Below are positions 31,220-32,000 of a stretch of 32,000 nt of DNA, in pieces. The DNA lies in the sequence record MN908693.1; one strand, given 5' to 3'. This DNA is from Gordonia phage AnClar. The position numbers were made by a program, and so were the translations under genes. The notes below the pieces were generated by a model. It saw only the letters and a program-made list of their open reading frames with translations. It was not told the DNA's origin and ran no database searches. Numbering within the stretch: the first letter of the stretch is position 1; each line of letters begins with the position of its first letter.

Positions 31220-31477
31220 TTAGTCCATCTCGATGTCGGTGCTGTGCGGCACCTGGTACTCGACGGACTCGGGGTTCGCGGGCAGCGGCGCGTCCGTCGG
31301 CTTGGTCAGCCTCAGGTAGCTGTGCTGGCGCGTGTGGTTGATGGCGACGAGCGTGCCGTGGATGACCGCCTGCACCCCGCTGGGCTTGGCGGTGACGGGG
31401 AACGTCACCTTGCGCCCCAGGTCACCGGCGCTCAGGTCGGCGGCGCTCAGGTTGGCGGCCACCTCGATCTTGCTCAT
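31220..31477 (-). CDS. small hypothetical protein
   Basis: MSKIEVAANLSAADLSAGDLGRKVTFPVTAKPSGVQAVIHGTLVAINHTRQHSYLRLTKPTD... Confidence 0.65.
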   Translation of the reverse strand: MSKIEVAANLSAADLSAGDLGRKVTFPVTAKPSGVQAVIHGTLVAINHTRQHSYLRLTKPTDAPLPANPESVEYQVPHSTDIEMD

Positions 31478-31488
31478 GGTCTGTCCTC

Positions 31489-31644
31489 TCAGGTCATCAG
31501 GGGTAGGGCGATCATCGCGGTCAGCGCACCGCCCAGGGCGGCGGCCCCGAGCAGCTCGCGGAAGCTGTCGCGCGGGGCCAGCTGCAGCGTCACCGTGCCC
31601 AGCAGGGCAGCGGCGACGATCACCGCGAGCTGCAGCCAGCTCAC
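31489..31644 (-). CDS. small membrane protein
   Basis: GTG start overlapping the upstream TGA; VSWLQLAVIVAAALLGTVTLQLAPRDSFRELLGAAALGGALTAMIALPLMT, two hydrophobic segments. Confidence 0.55.
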   Translation of the reverse strand: MSWLQLAVIVAAALLGTVTLQLAPRDSFRELLGAAALGGALTAMIALPLMT

Positions 31645-31877
31645 TCGGGCCGCCCGAGCACGTCGGAGTACCGGCGGATGCTGGGGTCGCTCAGCTCCAG
31701 GGTGGCGGCCATGATCCCGGCGTGAGCGCGGGCGGTGTGCCAGCGCTCCCACTCTTCGAGGGTCTCGGCGTGGCCGAACGCGATCCGGGTGTCCATCAGG
31801 ATGAACTGGTCGAGGTAGCGGTCGAGCGCGGCGTCGTCGATCGGCGTCGGCTCGGTGAAGATGTCGGTGGCGCTCAT
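31641..31877 (-). CDS. small hypothetical protein
   Basis: MSATDIFTEPTPIDDAALDRYLDQFILMDTRIAFGHAETLEEWERWHTARAHAG... Confidence 0.65.
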   Translation of the reverse strand: MSATDIFTEPTPIDDAALDRYLDQFILMDTRIAFGHAETLEEWERWHTARAHAGIMAATLELSDPSIRRYSDVLGRPE

Positions 31878-31954
31878 GGGTTCGTTCCTCTCGGGCGGGC
31901 CGGGCGTTCCCGGCTGACAACACCGACATTAGCGGATAGCTGCTCAGCGCGCAA
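31878..31954 (-). promoter_or_regulatory. regulatory unit H
   Basis: -35 TTGCGC (31954-31949), 17 nt, -10 TAATGT (31931-31926); one palindrome arm 31917-31924; hairpin GCCGGG-CGTT-CCCGGC 31899-31914. Confidence 0.75.
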
Positions 31955-32000
31955 GCCCAACGGCACGAGTCCGCCACCCTCGGCGTCTAGGATGGCGGCC

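Overview
This window is a high-GC bacteriophage genome segment. The cutinase-like LysB points to a mycolic-acid-bearing actinobacterial host. From left to right it contains: (i) rightward minor tail/fiber genes (1-5526) with diverged tandem paralogs and a tail-assembly-chaperone-like overlapping ORF pair; (ii) a three-gene leftward cassette (5523-6956) with a Cro/CI-type HTH protein; (iii) rightward LysA/LysB (7062-8938) ending in a hairpin terminator; (iv) a leftward replication block (9062-20509) with a RecB/Cas4-like nuclease, DEAD/DEVH helicase, PrimPol/RepA-like primase-helicase and family-A DNA polymerase; (v) a ~500 bp divergent control region; (vi) a rightward block of mostly unknown genes (21019-25086), one resembling a small terminase subunit; (vii) a right arm of small, mostly leftward orphan genes, each often with its own promoter and terminator. 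The strongest unexplained signal is a repeated regulatory unit present eight times on the minus strand: TTGCGC-N17-TAnnGT promoter, a 26-bp ACAACACC-N10-GGTGTTGT palindrome around the -10, a 5'UTR hairpin with compensatory base swaps, then the RBS and start codon. One copy drives the isolated cassette near the lysis genes, ~19 kb from the others. A ninth, rewired copy sits in the replication block. Other leads are a tRNA-like fold with an unusual 8-nt anticodon-type loop (complement 30926-31005), a truncated DUF932-like gene, and a hairpin leader before the helicase. No database or folding software was used; family names come from recognised motifs.
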